Assembly (NCBI RefSeq): GCF_009914755.1
Contig: NC_060941.1
Origin: the human T2T-CHM13v2.0 reference genome, Homo sapiens
DNA length: 64,000 bases
Direction: 5' to 3' (one strand)
The notes below the pieces were generated by a model. It was not told where the DNA came from and searched no databases. It saw nothing but the letters and a program-made list of their open reading frames with translations. Below are positions 60,995 to 64,000 of this stretch, in pieces; within the stretch, counting starts at the first letter, position 1; each line of letters begins with the position of its first letter. The position numbers and the translations under genes were made by a program.

Positions 60995-61130
60995 GCAAGG
61001 ACCACCCTGTCCTCTCTGTCATGCTTCCCTCTGACCCGCAGGGCTGGCTCTTCTCCTAGTACCCTGGCTGTCCCTCCCTCTCTGCAGCCCAGAGGTCCCC
61101 TCACGCTTCAGCTTAAGAACACCTCTTTCC

Positions 61131-61919
<789 letters not shown>

Positions 61920-62032
61920 TTACCAAAGGGGTTGGGAGCCCCGCTGGTGTGGGCCCCCCCTCTGCCAGCTTGGAGAGGCCTGTGTGAAGGCGGCGTTTTC
62001 CTCACTGAGGACCTCACCCTCTCTCCGTGCAG

Positions 62033-62089
62033 CTGGCTAAGTTCTCAGAGGATACTCTCAGCAGCTATACGGAGGCTGTCTCCTCTCAG
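62033..62089 (+). CDS. TMEM94: TMEM94 exon 11 (LAKFSEDTLSSYTEAVSSQ)
   Basis: gtgCAG| acceptor, CAG|GTACAA donor, 57 nt. Confidence 0.93.
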
Positions 62090-62379
62090 GTACAACACTG
62101 ACCCGGGATGGCTTCTCTCGCAGGTCCCTAGAGCCATAACCCTGGGACTCCCCTATTTATGGCCTTAAAGCCTCCAACCAGGCTCTTAGAGCCCCATGTC
62201 CACCCGTTACATGTGGACATAACCTGGACCTGTTCCCATAACGTGTCCACACCCTGTCCCAGAGAAGTGCCTCTCCACCCCAACTTCGTGGTGCTCCCCT
62301 GGATTTTCCCCTAGAGGCCGTCTCCAGGGAAATGAGGCTGAGCCCTAAATGGCCTTGCAGACTTCCTCTCTCCCACCAG

Positions 62380-62484
62380 GAAATGCTGCGCTGCATTTGG
62401 GGCCACTTCCTGAGGGTGCTCGGGGGGACATCGCCAACGCTGAGCCACAGTTCCAGCCTGCTGCACAGCCTGGGCTCTGTCACG
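62380..62484 (+). CDS. TMEM94: TMEM94 exon 12 (EMLRCIWG...SLGSVT)
   Basis: cacCAG| acceptor, ACG|GTGAGG donor, 105 nt. Confidence 0.95.
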
Positions 62485-62633
62485 GTGAGGGTGGGCCTTG
62501 CGGGGAGGAGGCAACTGTCATGCCCGCCCTGCTCTCTGGCTGGGCCTGGGCTGCCCACCTGCCGCTTGAGTGGCCCCTGGGCAGGATAGGCTAATGCCAG
62601 GCCCCTTTCCTATCTCAAATGCTTTCCATGCAG

Positions 62634-62786
62634 GTCCTGTGCTGTGTGGACAAACAGGGGATCCTGTCATGGCCAAATCCCAGCCCAGAGACTGTACTGT
62701 TCTTCAGCGGGAAGGTGGAGCCCCCTCACAGCAGCCATGAGGACCTCACCGATGGCCTATCCACCCGCTCCTTCTGCCATCCCGAG
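62634..62786 (+). CDS. TMEM94: TMEM94 exon 13 (VLCCVDKQGILS...FCHPE; alternative end at 62798)
   Basis: tgCAG| acceptor; donor GAG|GTAGAG after 62786 or GAG|GTACGG after 62798, both phase 0. Confidence 0.93.
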
Positions 62787-63021
62787 GTAGAGGAGGAGGT
62801 ACGGCCGGCTCCCATGGGCCCGACTCTGGGCCAGGCTGTTTAGCCTTGGAGCCTGGCCAGGGAGGGTGAGGTTTCGGAGGGCGAAGGAGGGTTTGGGCAC
62901 CATTAGGATCTGCTTCTGGGCAGGTGAGGTGAAGACAAGGCAGCCAGGGGACCTAGAAGCATCCTGCCTCCCCAGGCCATGGGAGCCACTGGTCCTAGCC
63001 TGTGCTCCTCATTCTCTTCAG

Positions 63022-63231
63022 CCCCATGAACGAGACGCCCTCCTGGCTGGCTCCCTGAACAACACCCTGCACCTTTCCAATGAGCAGGAGCGTGGCGACT
63101 GGCCTGGCGAGGCTCCCAAGCCCCCCGAGCCCTATTCACACCACAAAGCGCATGGCCGCAGCAAACACCCATCTGGCTCCAACGTGAGCTTCAGCAGGGA
63201 CACCGAGGGTGGTGAAGAAGAGCCCAGCAAG
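63022..63231 (+). CDS. TMEM94: TMEM94 exon 14 (PHERDALL...EEEPSK)
   Basis: cttCAG| acceptor, AAG|GTGACG donor, 210 nt. Confidence 0.95.
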
Positions 63232-63804
63232 GTGACGGGAGGGGGTGGCACGGGGCAGCCACACCCTCGGCCACAGGCTGTCCTGGCCTCCCTGGCCAGC
63301 CTGGCCTCACAAGGTCTGAAAGAGCAGGCGTCTCTGCCCTCTGTCCCAGCACCTCCAGGCTAGGCCAGTGGTCCCTGAGGCCCTCCCCAAGTCTGCTGCG
63401 AAGTAGGTGGAGCCTCCCCCTACCCTTCCATTCTTGTAATCGCAATCACTGGTGTCCCTACTGGAACCTTCCAAATATACACAGCCCGGAGCTCCCTCTT
63501 AGAGATGTTCCCTGGCCACAGAAGATCCCTCAACTGTGTCCTCTTTGGTCTGGCCACCCCTCTTTTTAGCTCCTGCCAGTGTCATGAGATATATTAATAG
63601 TCCATAGAAGCAGACAGGAGCCCAAGAAGGACAGGAAGCGGATTTCAGGAGGGAGCGGGTGGAAGAGGGTGAGCAGCAGCTCTCTCCTGGGAAGGGTGCC
63701 TTTCAGGGGCAGGAGCCCTCCCCAGCCTTGGGAGGTGGGCAGAGCCAGTGCTGGCTTCCCCACACCCTATCCCGGGCTGAGGCTCTCCTCCACATTTCCC
63801 CCAG

Positions 63805-64000
63805 ACCCAGCCTGGGATGGAGAGCGACCCCTACGAAGCAGAGGACTTTGTGTGTGACTACCACCTGGAGATGCTGAGCCTGTCCCAGGACCAGCAGAAC
63901 CCCTCCTGCATCCAGTTTGATGACTCCAACTGGCAGCTGCACCTCACCTCCCTCAAACCCCTGGGCCTCAATGTGCTGCTGAACCTGTGTGATGCCAGCG
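63805..64000 (+). CDS. TMEM94: TMEM94 exon 15 (TQPGMESD...LLNLCDAS; truncated by window end)
   Basis: cccCAG| acceptor; frame stays open to the end of the window. Confidence 0.93.

Overview
Human (primate) genomic DNA, very Alu-rich (about 100 full or partial Alus by eye count). It covers about 28 kb of upstream sequence plus the 5' part of TMEM94 (KIAA0195/ERMA) on the + strand. TMEM94 has a CpG-island promoter near 27.7-28.95 kb, a non-coding exon 1, the start codon in exon 2 (43247), an alternative coding first exon (48029-48082), and exons 3-15 (56761-64000, cut off by the window end). The exons splice into one open frame of about 597 aa with degenerate P-type ATPase motifs (DKQGI in place of DKTGT). 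Other elements are a Y3 RNA pseudogene, a full-length MER75 piggyBac MITE with perfect TIRs and TTAA TSDs, human-specific AluYb8 and AluYa5 insertions, and L1, L2, CR1, MIR, MLT1 and MER fossils. Almost all ORFs in the supplied track are Alu translations or GC-rich noise. I see no new multi-gene system. The most unusual signals are a 29-bp templated insertion copied from 1.8 kb away, a layered uORF architecture, a candidate unannotated in-frame upstream exon, a GC-AG intron, and a nearly spacer-less inverted Alu pair.
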